A stretch of DNA of 64,000 nt from Balanoglossus misakiensis (GCA_040954595.2 CM082577.2:12619654-12683653); one strand, 5' to 3'; positions 52,301 through 64,000 are shown, counted from the first letter of the stretch. Notes: generated by a model not told the origin, from the sequence alone. Numbers and translations are program-made.

Positions 52301-55300
52301 TGTATGTATGTATGTATGTATGTATGTATGTATGTATGTATGTATGTATGTATGTATGTATGTATGTATGTATGTATGTATGTATGTATGTATGTATGTA
52401 TGTATGTATGTATGTATGTATGTATGTATGTATGTATGTATGTATGTATGTATGTATGTATGTATGTATGTATGTATGTATGTATGTATGTATGTATGTA
52501 TGTATGTATGTATGTATGTATGTATGTATGTATGTATGTATGTATGTATGTATGTATGTATGTATGTATGTATGTATGTATGTATGTATGTATGTATGTA
52601 TGTATGTATGTATGTATGTATGTATGTATGTATGTATGTATGTATGTATGTATGTATGTATGTATGTATGTATGTATGTATGTATGTATGTATGTATGTA
52701 TGTATGTATGTATGTATGTATGTATGTATGTATGTATGTATGTATGTATGTATGTATGTATGTATGTATGTATGTATGTATGTATGTATGTATGTATGTA
52801 TGTATGTATGTATGTATGTATGTATGTATGTATGTATGTATGTATGTATGTATGTATGTATGTATGTATGTATGTATGTATGTATGTATGTATGTATGTA
52901 TGTATGTATGTATGTATGTATGTATGTATGTATGTATGTATGTATGTATGTATGTATGTATGTATGTATGTATGTATGTATGTATGTATGTATGTATGTA
53001 TGTATGTATGTATGTATGTATGTATGTATGTATGTATGTATGTATGTATGTATGTATGTATGTATGTATGTATGTATGTATGTATGTATGTATGTATGTA
53101 TGTATGTATGTATGTATGTATGTATGTATGTATGTATGTATGTATGTATGTATGTATGTATGTATGTATGTATGTATGTATGTATGTATGTATGTATGTA
53201 TGTATGTATGTATGTATGTATGTATGTATGTATGTATGTATGTATGTATGTATGTATGTATGTATGTATGTATGTATGTATGTATGTATGTATGTATGTA
53301 TGTATGTATGTATGTATGTATGTATGTATGTATGTATGTATGTATGTATGTATGTATGTATGTATGTATGTATGTATGTATGTATGTATGTATGTATGTA
53401 TGTATGTATGTATGTATGTATGTATGTATGTATGTATGTATGTATGTATGTATGTATGTATGTATGTATGTATGTATGTATGTATGTATGTATGTATGTA
53501 TGTATGTATGTATGTATGTATGTATGTATGTATGTATGTATGTATGTATGTATGTATGTATGTATGTATGTATGTATGTATGTATGTATGTATGTATGTA
53601 TGTATGTATGTATGTATGTATGTATGTATGTATGTATGTATGTATGTATGTATGTATGTATGTATGTATGTATGTATGTATGTATGTATGTATGTATGTA
53701 TGTACGAAGTATGCGGTTCGACTGGTCCGATCCAAAGTGCTCAATACAAGAGTAGAGCGGAGTATAAAGAAAGGTAGTAGGAGAAACGGAAGGCGGTAAA
53801 ATCTCTACAGCGCTGTTTCGTGAGTTACTAGACTCACTCATCAGGGGATCAAACTGGCGAAAATGCAAGGGGAAGGCGCGTTTTATGCAGGTACACAGGT
53901 GGTGGAATGTAAGTTGGGGTGGGCGCCGTTTTGCATAACAATGTGTATAGCTTGTGTGTGGGGAGTACCTAGATTTAATTGTTGCGTAACAATGCTTTGT
54001 GTCTGTGTCAGCAAGAGGACACAAGTTCGTTTCTTTTATTGAGTGTGGAAATTTCTGGGTTACGAATGATAATAAATTTCTCTGTTAAGCAGAGGTTGCA
54101 CCGTTTGGTTGCGCTGTTGTATGGCTTGGCTTTGGCTAAAATTTTCCATGAAATAGTGTGGGCGATGTCGTTGTCCTTCAGAGTCCAAATGTGTTTGCTC
54201 AGTTCGGTGGAGTTCCTGGAGCGTGCGAGTCGGAAAGATGAAGTGTGGTTTCTGTATCTTGTTTTAAAGTCGTTCTCGGTTAGTCCGACGTATGTGTCCG
54301 AGGTGTTGTTGTCTGTGCGGGTAACTGTGGCCTGGTAGATGACGGAGTTTTGGAGGCAGTTACCGTCGAGCGGGCATTTGTCCTTTTGTCGGCAGTTGCA
54401 AGTCTTGGTGTTGTCGGTCTCGTCTGTGTTGTTGTCGTGCGATTTCAAGATGCGTTTGTTGTGGTTGTCGATGATCTGCTTCGTATTGTTCATACAGCTG
54501 TAGCTAATTTTCATCGTGTTCCTGTTGAATATTTTCCTGAGTTTGTTGTCTTGCGGGAAGCATTTGTCTATGAGAAGGAGGAATTTCTGTCCGATGTTGG
54601 TGCTGACGTTTTTGCTGAATGGGGGGTTGTACCAGATGATGTTGTTTCTTTGTCTGTTTCTTCTTTTATTCGCGGTGGTTGTTGGTTCATAGCGTAAAGT
54701 GTATTGGTATCCGCTGGCGTCGAGTGCTTTTTGGTATGGCGGGGTAGCTTGGTCGAATGAGGCCTGGTCGGATGATAGCTGGGAGAGTCGTTTGTTGATT
54801 CCGGCTGGTATGTTCTTGGTGATGCTGGTGGGGTGGTTGCTTTCGCGGTGGACATATTGGAGTGTTGTGTTGGTAGGGTTGGTATGTGTTTCTGGCCAGG
54901 TTGAATGTGACGTCGAGGAAGTTGATGACTTGTTTGTTAGCTTCGATGGTGATTTTGAGACCGTTGATTTTGAATATTCGGCAGATTTCTTTTTTTATGT
55001 TTTCTGTGGATCTCGGGGTGGCGTCTGTGATGGCTAGTCCGTCGTCTCTGTATAGTCCGATGTTGTTGCCGAATTTATTCTGTGGCTGGGAGAGGAGGAA
55101 GCTGCCTACCAGTTCGCATGTTTCTGCACCGTCGAAACTGCCCATGGTGACATCGAATGTCGTAGGCGGAGGCGAAGTCAAGTGCTTTGTTGAGGAGGTT
55201 TTCGCTGATGGAGGGGTAGAATTCCTCGATGTCGAAGCAGATAAAGTTGCATTTTTCCTTGTTTTTGATGAGTTTGAACCATTCGACTACAGCTGATGTG

Positions 55301-57223
55301 TTTTTCCATTGGTTGACTGCGGTGGATGCTGTGATTTTCTTATTTATACGGTCGAGGATTTCTTTGCTGATTTTGCCTATTTCTGATTTGGTCGGGTTGA
55401 TCAATCTGCAGGTGGGTTTGTTGGCAAAATTCGGTTTGTGGTCTTTCAGGGTTATGAATGCGTCTTTGTTGGCCGTGATGTCTATTCTGTCGCCGATGTC
55501 AAGTTTCATTGCGATGTGTTTGTTAAAGCTAAAAGATGACGCCCAACGTATCAAGAAAGAAACCAAACTACTTATCGCCGCAGACAAAACCACAAACTTC
55601 TACAAGCTAGACCCCCCGACTTACAACGACCTGTTAGAACGCAACATTACCAAATCATACAAAAAGCCCACCCCGCTACTACCCAAGCAATCCACGACGA
55701 AAACACCATCGAAGCTAACAAACAAGTCATCAACTTCCTCGACGTCACATTCAACCTGACCAGAAACACGTACCAACCCTACACAAAGCCCAACACAACA
55801 CTCCAATATGTCCACCGCGAAAGCAACCACCCCACCAGCATCACCAAGAACATACCAGCCGGAATCAACAAACGACTCTCCCAGCTATCATCCGACAAGG
55901 CCTCATTCGACCAAGCCGCCCCGCCATACCAAAAAGCACTCGACGCCAGCGGATACCAATACACTTTACGCTATGAACCAACAACCACCGCGAATAAAAG
56001 AAGAAACAGACAAAGAAACAACATCATCTGGTACAACCCCCCATTCAGCAAAAACGTCAGCACCAACATCGGACAGAAATTCCTCCTTCTCATAGACAAA
56101 TGCTTCCCGCAAGACAACAAACTCAGGAAAATATTCAACAGGAACACGATGAAAATTAGCTACAGCTGTATGAACAATACGAAGCAGATCATCGACAACC
56201 ACAACAAACGCATCTTGAAATCGCACGACAACAACACAGACGAGACCGACAACACCAAGACTTGCAACTGCCGACAAAAGGACAAATGCCCGCTCGACGG
56301 TAACTGCCTCCAAAACTCCGTCATCTACCAGGCCACAGTTACCCGCACAGACAACAACACCTCGGACACATACGTCGGACTAACCGAGAACGACTTTAAA
56401 ACAAGATACAGAAACCACACTTCATCTTTCCGACTCGCACGCTCCAGGAACTCAGCAAACACATTTGGACTCTGAAGGACAACGACATCGCCCACACTAT
56501 TTCATGGAAAATTTTATCCAAAGCCAAGCCATACAACAGCGCAACCAAACGGTGCAACCTCTGCTTAACAGAGAAATTTATTATCATTCGTAACCCAGAA
56601 ATTTCCACACTCAATAAAAGAAACGAACTTGTGTCCTCTTGCTGACACAGACACAAAGCATTGTTACGCAACAATTAAATCTAGGTACTCCCCACACACA
56701 AGCTATACACATTGTTATGCAAAACGGCCCACCCCAACTTACATTCCACCACCTGTGTACCTGCATAAAAACGCGCCTTCCCCCTTGCATTTTCGCCAGT
56801 TTGATCCCCTGATGAGTGAGTCTAGTAACTCACGAAACAGCGCTGTAGAGATTTTACCGCCTTCCGTTTCTCCTACTACCCTTCTTTATGTATGTATGTA
56901 TGTATGTATGTATGTATGTATGTATGTATGTATGTATGTATGTATGTATGTATGTATGTATGTATGTATGTATGTATGTATGTATGTATGTATGTATGTA
57001 TGTATGTATGTATGTATGTATGTATGTATGTATGTATGTATGTATGTATGTATGTATGTATGTATGTTATATTTATGTACATACGTACCAATGGATGGAT
57101 AAATGGATGGATGGAAATGGCATGTTGTAAGTTGATATGTTAAATATTTAGTGTATACTCACATGTCGCATAAGGCAATGCAGAGAAAAGTACGAGCAGT
57201 GTAATAGGACCAAATGAAGCCAT
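34325..57223 (-). CDS. Secreted protein with six tandem pentraxin domains (~1215 aa); exons 57163-57223, 40268-40864, 39491-40087, 38714-39310, 36504-37100, 35107-35703, 34325-34926
   Basis: Signal exon [20 protein letters not shown] (phase 1); five 597-nt phase 1-1 exons plus a terminal exon with TAG; pentraxin signature [10 protein letters not shown] and LVLGQ(E/D)QD; all frames open; AATAAA downstream. Linkage of exon 1 across the 16-kb intron is inferred. Confidence 0.85.
35735..36352. mobile_element. MITE with long TIRs and TTAA target-site duplication (Kolobok-like)
   Basis: ttaa-AGGGGAAATCCGCTGTAGC…GCTACAGCGGATTTCCCCT-ttaa; paralogous introns show the empty site ccttctTTAAtataaaatg. 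Confidence 0.92.
37180..38614 (+). mobile_element. DINE-1/Helentron-associated (HINE)-like non-autonomous element
   Basis: Insertion into TT of attctaatt|ttataac (empty in the sister introns); 5' hairpin ggggcccaagcc…ggcttgggtccc, (TTTC)n tract, internal tandem repeats, 3' gctgcttgcagc hairpin; no clear TSD. Confidence 0.7.
40930..43435. repeat. (TATG)n tract, ~2.5 kb
   Basis: Perfect except for one G>T near 43402. Confidence 0.98.
43533..43582 (-). ncRNA. Minimal type I hammerhead ribozyme
   Basis: Reverse complement of the motif at 46543-46592. Confidence 0.88.
43740..45263 (-). pseudogene. PLE RT-GIY-YIG ORF remnant (frameshifting deletion between RT motifs A and B at ~44900; premature TGA near C-terminus)
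   Basis: ORFs 44815-45333 and 43740-44921 carry consecutive RT motifs in different frames; same lesion in all three cassettes. Confidence 0.9.
46543..46592 (+). ncRNA. Minimal type I hammerhead ribozyme
   Basis: GATCCC-CTGATGA-GTGAG(tctagtaa)CTCAC-GAA-ACAGCGCTGT-A^GAGAT: intact core, 5-bp stem II, palindromic stem III, GUA cleavage triplet (46585-46587), stem I with one C-A mismatch. Confidence 0.88.
46628..49091. repeat. (TATG)n tract, ~2.46 kb
   Basis: Directly visible, apparently perfect. Confidence 0.98.
49189..49238 (-). ncRNA. Hammerhead ribozyme
   Basis: Same motif as 43533-43582. Confidence 0.88.
52199..52248 (+). ncRNA. Hammerhead ribozyme
   Basis: Same motif as 46543-46592. Confidence 0.88.
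52284..53703. repeat. (TATG)n tract, ~1.42 kb
   Basis: Directly visible. Confidence 0.98.
53801..53850 (-). ncRNA. Hammerhead ribozyme
   Basis: Same motif as 43533-43582. Confidence 0.88.
56803..56852 (+). ncRNA. Hammerhead ribozyme
   Basis: Same motif as 46543-46592. Confidence 0.88.
56888..57066. repeat. (TATG)n tract, ~180 bp
   Basis: Directly visible; decays into (GGAT)n-like sequence. Confidence 0.98.
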
Positions 57224-59039
57224 CCTGTCCATGAGTCTCCAACCGCAGGATATGTTCACGACTACATACATTCAGGTGGCATGGGCCCGTTTATAAAGGT
57301 TACCGTCGAATTAAATTCGAACAGAAGAATATCAAGCTTTCCTATAACATGCTACGTCAATAGACGAAAACAGTTTGCGGTCCGCTTTTTTGTAAAAAAA
57401 ATATTGACAGTCCCCATAGAAGTAAAACGTAGGGGTTCGTCGATATTGTTTTATTAAATGTGTGGGATTGGGTAGGCAAAAACCCCTACTGTTTGTCGAG
57501 TCATCGATTTTTTTCGTGTTCTGCTCCAAAACCATGGGTGATGTTGGATCAAGCAAATTGAAACTTCGCCAAGCGAAATTATAGTTATAGTTAGTAAATA
57601 CCCCTTTCCAATCGCGTTCAACAGTTACTAAGGAAAAGGCTTATTAAAATTTAATCAAGAGGAATAAATAGTGCTAATTTATTGCTTCTACGAAAAAATT
57701 GCCCCCTTTTTTCCAATGTACATATTTATCATCAGACTCCCATGTCAACTGCCTTGAATAGTTGCACAAACTGTGTGAACCGTAAGCTGGTTGGCTCTGA
57801 AGTGTAAACGGAGGAGTCTATCAAATTGAGTATGAGCTACTACTTCCGTCCGTCAACCTACTTTCGTCCGTCAACCTGTCAAGAATTCATACCATTTTCT
57901 GGTAGGGGTGTGTAGCTTTATGTTTTGGGCGGTGGTGTGTAGCTTTGAGGTGTTGATGAAGAATTGGAACAGTGACAGAAATCGGAACGGATTAGCCAGC
58001 AGTGTTTTCGCTACCCGCGTGAGAAAAAGTTGTGTTTGGCGAGACGATTTTCATACAAATTAGTCAAACTTGCGAAGCACTGCTATCTACCATCGTCGTT
58101 TGTTTTGCCATGATCAACTTGCCATGATCAGTGCACTACAACACGTGAAAGTGGACCGCTGTTCTGTTCATTAATCATCACCCCCTCTATCATGAACATT
58201 GCAAGGCAATGCATTGAACTCAGCTCTTCCAGCTAGTGGCGGCACTCGCTTGATTTCCTGTGTGTGTCTCTGGGGACGCAAAGAATGCGTATGCGTCTTT
58301 TCCTAATTTGCATATTTTGAATGGGTTAGGTCTGCCTTGACTTGAACGCGTCAACTGTACAGGTTGTTATGGAAGTTTTTTTAGAACCACTAGTGTTAGT
58401 CTGTGGGTCCAACCAGCAAAAAAAGGTTCTAGAAATGTCATGATGTTGTATAGGAGTTTGTTCTACATGAAATTAGCTGGAAATGACGGGTGGGAAACTA
58501 TTGATGTGAAATCAGGTCATTTCTACCGAAAATGATGGACCAGAGAGCAATGACTATTTTAATTTATTTCATATACTATGTTCACAAATGCTATGCTCCC
58601 ATAAACTGGGAAACTAAATGATTGAACTTTCTGTTTGAACAATTCATGTTTTTTTTTTGCTAACACCTAACACTACTATAATCAGCACATGACAGTATAT
58701 ACTTGAAAATGGAGAACTTTTTATCAAAACACTTCAGCTGATCTTGAATGCTGTGTGATATTTTTTTTTTCAAAATGTATTTCTTTCACTTTTAGACTAG
58801 TACTTCTACTTGCACTGTTTTTTTTTCAAAACACACTTCTCATAGCTTGCACTGGTGCAACTTGATATGACAATACACAGTGAATTCCATCAGTATAACA
58901 ATCATAAGATACAAAATCTGAGCGGGAAATGACAGAAAATATTTGTGTGAGGCCATTTGTGTGTGCGGGCCATTTTTAAGATTAAATTTAAAACAGTTAT
59001 TAGAGCCCTTGACAAGTGGTTTTCCCTCTGCCAAGCACC

Positions 59040-59890
59040 CACCTTATCAGGCTGCATTCAATATTACATGAGCAAAACAGTTCAGCATTTCACCTTGGTG
59101 TTTGCAAATTGTTCCTTTCACCAATATACTGTCGTGGAATCTCCACGAATTAACGAACACAATATACTGAATGGACTTACTAATTTGCATCACTATGCAT
59201 TTCCCACAATCCACTGTATCTGCTTGCCCTCTCCCTGATGAACACACACATAAGTGTTCAACCAAAGTTTAAGTTTCTTTTCCAGACTTATAAAGTGGAA
59301 TGTAATTTCCCATTGTATATATACGTTTTTATGTTTTTATGGTATTCTCGCCAATAAATGAGAAGAAAAAACTATCCAAGTCTGCTACATATACCAAACC
59401 ACTGTTCTCCAAACATGCTGCTCGTCATCCACTACACACTGAGAGAGCACCAAGTGTCCTTGACGTTATTTTTTTGTGTTTGCCATCTCTATCGGCTATG
59501 TGCACCCAATTGCTACCGAGGTCAGCTGTAACAAAGTCACCGTGTTTATTAGTAGTTATCCATAATGGCAGTCTAAGCTGACCTTTGCCTATTATCTTCT
59601 CCAAACCCTTGACAGAAATGACAAATGGTGATCCTGGTATCGGCTGATCACCAATGTTATGCTGACTTCATGTCTACCACCAACATCTGCTTGAATTCTC
59701 AGACTGTGTGTACCATCTTTGTTGTCAATAACTCTAATTTCTTCTTTTAACCCTTTGGAGATCTCTGCTCTGATTGCTTTGTATGATATGACTGGTTTCC
59801 CTTTTCTGTCTTTAATTCTGACAATGACGTCAGCACTCACAACTGACCATTCTTTTAGGAATGTCCTCTACTCTACACAGTGATGCACTG
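59040..59890 (-). pseudogene. Degraded TRIM2/3-like filamin + NHL fragment
   Basis: VIDNKDGTHSLRI…GRHEVSITL…PGSPF (filamin repeat), then GKGQLRLPLWITTNKHGDFVTADLGSNWV (NHL-like); frameshifted, no introns seen. Confidence 0.65.
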
Positions 59891-60142
59891 ATATCTAATG
59901 TCAGCAATTCATGCGTACCGTGCTCATCCTTTAATTAACTGTTTTTAATTATAATTTTTTTGTTAATTATTTAAGAGACACCCAGACAGTATTTCGAATT
60001 TGTTTTATAATTTTATTTATTACTAAGTGTTGCAGAGGTTAAATCAATTACATGTTCCAAGAAGATAGCTACATGTATTTGATGTTGATTTTTACTCCAC
60101 CAGGATTGTACTTGGAATTAATCATTTCAATAATACGCATGC

Positions 60143-63100
60143 TCAGTCTTGGCAGCATATGGCAACAGCATAAATGTAACGGTCGTTTCCTCCATTGACT
60201 GCTACACATACATCAGCAACTGAAAAATAAATAAAACAATATAACACCTTGGGAAAATAGAAAGTGGAACGACACAGCTATATATATATATCTGGGTATT
60301 GTGTTGTCTTATGGTTCAATGGCAAACTAGTACTAAACACGAAATGTGGGAATTTCTGGAAAGTCTGAAATATTGTAAAATTTCCAAACTTCCTTGCTAA
60401 ACGCTTCCGTATTTTTGGCAGATATTTGCTCCACCAAAGGGTTAACAAATCAAGAATGAAATAAAGAAATACCATTTATATTGATACTAGTACCCTAGCT
60501 TAGATCCTGTTATTACCTGTGACGTAGGCACCGTCGTTCATTTTGTGAGCAGCGTGCGAATTACATCCTGTGAGGGCCCAACCACTGTCACATGACACAC
60601 TTGCAATGCTTCCAGTTCCACCATGACTTTGCGTGCTCCACTTTGCTTTGCATTGTAACCCAGGAGCACTACAGTAAACAGCATGTGCCCATACTCCTGT
60701 TTAAATGAGTAGAGGGATTATTGTATAAATACGCTTTGTAAGGATACGATAATTAATGAAACGTATTCTACGGTATGTATGTATGTATGTATGTATGTAT
60801 GTATGTATGTATGTATGTATGTATGTATGTATGTATGTATGTATGTACATGTATGTATGTATGTATGTATGTATGCATGCATGCATGCATGCATGCATGT
60901 ATGTATGTATGTATGCATGCATGCATGCATGTATGTATGTATGTATGCGTGGGTGGATTGATCGATGGATGGATGGATGTGAGAATACAACGACCATTAA
61001 TACTAATTGAACGCTAACCTTGGCCACCTGCCCCGTTTTGTGCTATGCATTGTCCGTCTTTGATGTCCGTCAAGCTTGTTGATATGACTGAATTTGGTTT
61101 GGCTCCATCAATATATTTCCAACTAGTAAATGCAGAACATCCTGTAATCAAAGAGGACGGTATAGCATAAGGTTTTAGCTGTAACTTTTCGCTATGTATT
61201 CAGTATTTTTGTTTTGTGTGTCATTTGCAGTTTATTCTTTAAATTCCCGAAATAAATGTATGTTGAAATGTCCATCATTTAGCTTATCAACACAACATAT
61301 GGGTTTATATAGTCAGCATTGTTATTGTGCAAAATTTGAATTTAAGTCCGGACTAGAATTCATTTGTCAACAATCAAAATGGTCGTCACACACATACAGG
61401 CTATGTTGACAAGTGGAGGACTGAGTATATTAACATGCCGTTTGGGGAGTAGAACAAGAAATTTCATTTGATACACTGAATAAAAATACAGTTAAACGGA
61501 TTATTTTCGCGACAGGAATTTTTCGCGATATCAAAAGAGGAAACTGTTTCGCGCGGGTTAATTAAACATTTTACACGACATCTTATTTTCACGTTTGTTG
61601 GCTCTCGCGTATTTTACGAAAAATTATTGCTCGCGAAAATAACTTGTTTTACAGTATTGCAGCTAATATCTCTTCAAAGGGAGGGTTCACCAATCGCCCG
61701 TTTTCGCTAAAATCAAAGAAAAATAAATAAATTGGTAGGGCTTCAACATCATGCACTCTGGGGAAAAAGCGCCAACTGTGGCCGTTGCACCACCTGACCA
61801 GGTCTCAACCACTGTAGTACAGGTGCATGAGGAGCGAATTACTTTTGACCGGATGACCTTTGGGTGGCCCACTGCATTCGATATCCATTGTTTTTATTTT
61901 GCATTCATTTAATACAAAATAGTACAGGTGCTAAGCACTATTGAATGATGTGAAATGCATAGAATGGTCTTTCTTTATGACATGAACATCAATACTCAGT
62001 GTGCCGCTTTTCTGATTCTACATATCTATGATGTTAGAATGATGAATAATAGTCAAATGTGATTCTAAAGATTACGGTTAAAATAAGACTTCCACCATTT
62101 CATTTGTATGTGACAATCAAGCATACCAAAATTACCTGTCAAGTATGTGTTAGTTCCTGGACGCACAAAAGAAATTTCGTCTTTGTCGTCGTCCTCACTG
62201 CCGGATCTTGAACCTGTTGCATATCCACACGTTAGATCTTCCTTTGTACAACACCTTGCATATGCATGGACACCTGAAAATGTGACGTTAAACTAAAGTC
62301 AATGAGTTCTTTACAAGCTGTACGCCAATACTGTAGCAGGCGTGGACATGTGTATATTTCGTGGGAGTTCCAGGAATAGGTTATAGATTACATGAGCGAT
62401 ACATCTTAATTGTCTTTGTGCAGCTATCACGAGTATTACACCCATATCAACCAGTGACACTTGTATGAAAAGTTCTTATAGGGTCTAACCCGGGTTCCAT
62501 CCTCCAAATTGGTAAATCTTCTGACCAAGACAAATATCATTAAAACTGAACATACCAGAACCCCCGGCACCGTTCTGTGCAACACAGGAAACACGCCCAT
62601 CGCTCGCAACCTCTATGAATTCTCCATCTCGGGTTCCGTGTCCATTTCCGGGCAGATGGCTGCTACACCCTGTCATCTTCTCGGATCCTTGGCAAGACAC
62701 TTTAGCCCGGCTATCGTCAGCGGTGCCGGATAACCCCGACTGTCTGGTGACGCATTTCAACGCAAAGTCTTGTTGTGTGACGAGAAAAGAAGGTATGTCT
62801 AAAGTCTACGCATGTCTAAAGTCTTAAATAATGTATTCATACCAAAATGAGGAGTATGCTCACCTCTGTAGTCAATGCACTCGGAGCACGTGCAGTGATC
62901 TGCTGTATTACCACACCAATCTGAAGGTGAACAGCACGGATATTCACCATCTGGATCACACTCTGCCGGAGTACCATCGGAAAGGGGGTAGTTTTCTCCA
63001 CACCTTAGGTCATCTCGCCATTTCTCGTCACCGCCTGAATGGTTATTGCCATAAAATTAGAAAAAAAGAAATGAACTTAGTACACATATAGTTACACTCC

Positions 63101-63321
63101 TGAAGCTTCGTTTCAGTAAATTAAAAAAATCCCACAATTATTTGCTAATATCTATAGAAATTCGTACTAATGGATTCCTTTCAATGAAAACATTTTGCTG
63201 AATGAAAATGTATTCGCATTTCCATTAATGCTTAGAATACAGATAAGTGTGTATACTCACGGGTAGTATGAGCTAATGCTGACAATAGTACGAACAGTGT
63301 AATAGGACCAAATGAAGTCAT
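60143..63321 (-). CDS. Secreted ~320-aa protein: signal peptide + hevein-like Cys module + PCSK9 C-terminal (resistin-like) three-module domain; exons 63261-63321, 62864-63034, 62556-62768, 62136-62273, 61019-61141, 60517-60696, 60143-60219
   Basis: All introns are phase 1, GT-AG, and the frame is open; modules such as CVTRQSGLSG…VSC…MTGCSS…CVAQNGAGGSGVHAYARCC parallel PCSK9 CRTVWSAHSG…ARC…LLSCSS…CRAHNAFGGEGVYAIARCC. Confidence 0.85.
60773..60980. repeat. (TATG)n/(TGCA)n/(GGAT)n intronic microsatellite
   Basis: Directly visible. Confidence 0.95.
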
Positions 63322-64000
63322 CTTGTCGATGAGTCTCCAACCCAGGATATGTTCGCAACCACGTTTATGGGCTTCTTTTAAAGGTTTAGCTCCTTTCGAA
63401 AAATATTTACATTTGGCAATGATTAAACAGTCAACAAAATTTCGGAGATCATCCAAGCTTATTTAACTTGCTATGCCAATAGAACAAAACGGCGCTTCGT
63501 TTGAGAAAACTGTTGGCAATCCATATATAATTATAAAGTAGGGGTACGAAGATAACATTTTATCAGATGCATGTGAGTTTAGACAAACCCCCTAGCGTTT
63601 GTCGAGTCATCAATTATTTCGTGCGCCGCTTTAAAACTATGGGTGATATTGAATCACCCAAATTAAAACTTCGTCAAGCAAAATAATTAAATTTAAAACA
63701 TACATATTTCCAATCGCGTCCAACAGTTTTTAGGGATAAATCACTTATTAAAAATTATCATTAATTACATTGACATTTGCATTATCTTATTTCAGCCGCA
63801 TTTTTCAATCGTTGAGATACATGCATCGCCTAATATTTGCCGCCTTGTAATCTATTGGTACATTTTTGTCAGTTTACGAACCAAGGGTGGTGTTAGAACA
63901 AGGAAATTAAAATTCAATCAAGCGAAATATACACTGTCAGTGATAATTAATTGTACCTTGTACAAATATCGTCCTCTTCTTTCCGACACACCCGAGGAAA

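Larger units (their letters stand above)
53704..56887. mobile_element. Penelope-like cassette 3 (a few small indels relative to cassettes 1 and 2)
   Basis: Same junctions; 8-nt deletion near 54872 and small indels near 53870-53925. Confidence 0.93.

Noticed and set aside
40930-57066. Telomere or chromosome end
   Set aside because: TATG is not the canonical animal telomeric repeat and unique genic sequence continues on both sides.
40892-57143. Long ORFs of YVCM/HTYI repeats (up to 954 aa)
   Set aside because: Stop-free translations of (TATG)n; no coding evidence.

Overview
Eukaryotic (animal, probably marine invertebrate; taxon is inference) genomic DNA with spliced genes, pseudogenes, MITEs and four independent tandem arrays. 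From left to right: (1) a ~1.46-kb tandem array carrying the first coding exon of Rab GDI; (2) a 190-aa orphan secreted protein gene; (3) a matrix-metalloproteinase pseudogene abutting the 3' half of an intron-containing DUF885 gene; (4) a minus-strand type II membrane protein gene (4 uncharacterised Cys repeats + PAN/Apple) followed by a 7x ~955-bp array, each unit holding one 55-codon hevein-like Cys-rich exon; (5) a secreted six-pentraxin gene whose 16-kb first intron is almost entirely a triplicated cassette of two head-to-head defective Penelope-like retroelements (RT + C-terminal GIY-YIG, Hydra-clade-like), each ending in a hammerhead ribozyme and separated by near-perfect (TATG)n tracts of up to ~2.5 kb; (6) a TRIM/NHL relic; (7) a secreted hevein-like + PCSK9-C-terminal-domain gene that shares promoter, signal exon and 3' UTR with the pentraxin gene but has a different coding payload. 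Exon models were read by eye from splice sites and frame continuity; no database searches were run.
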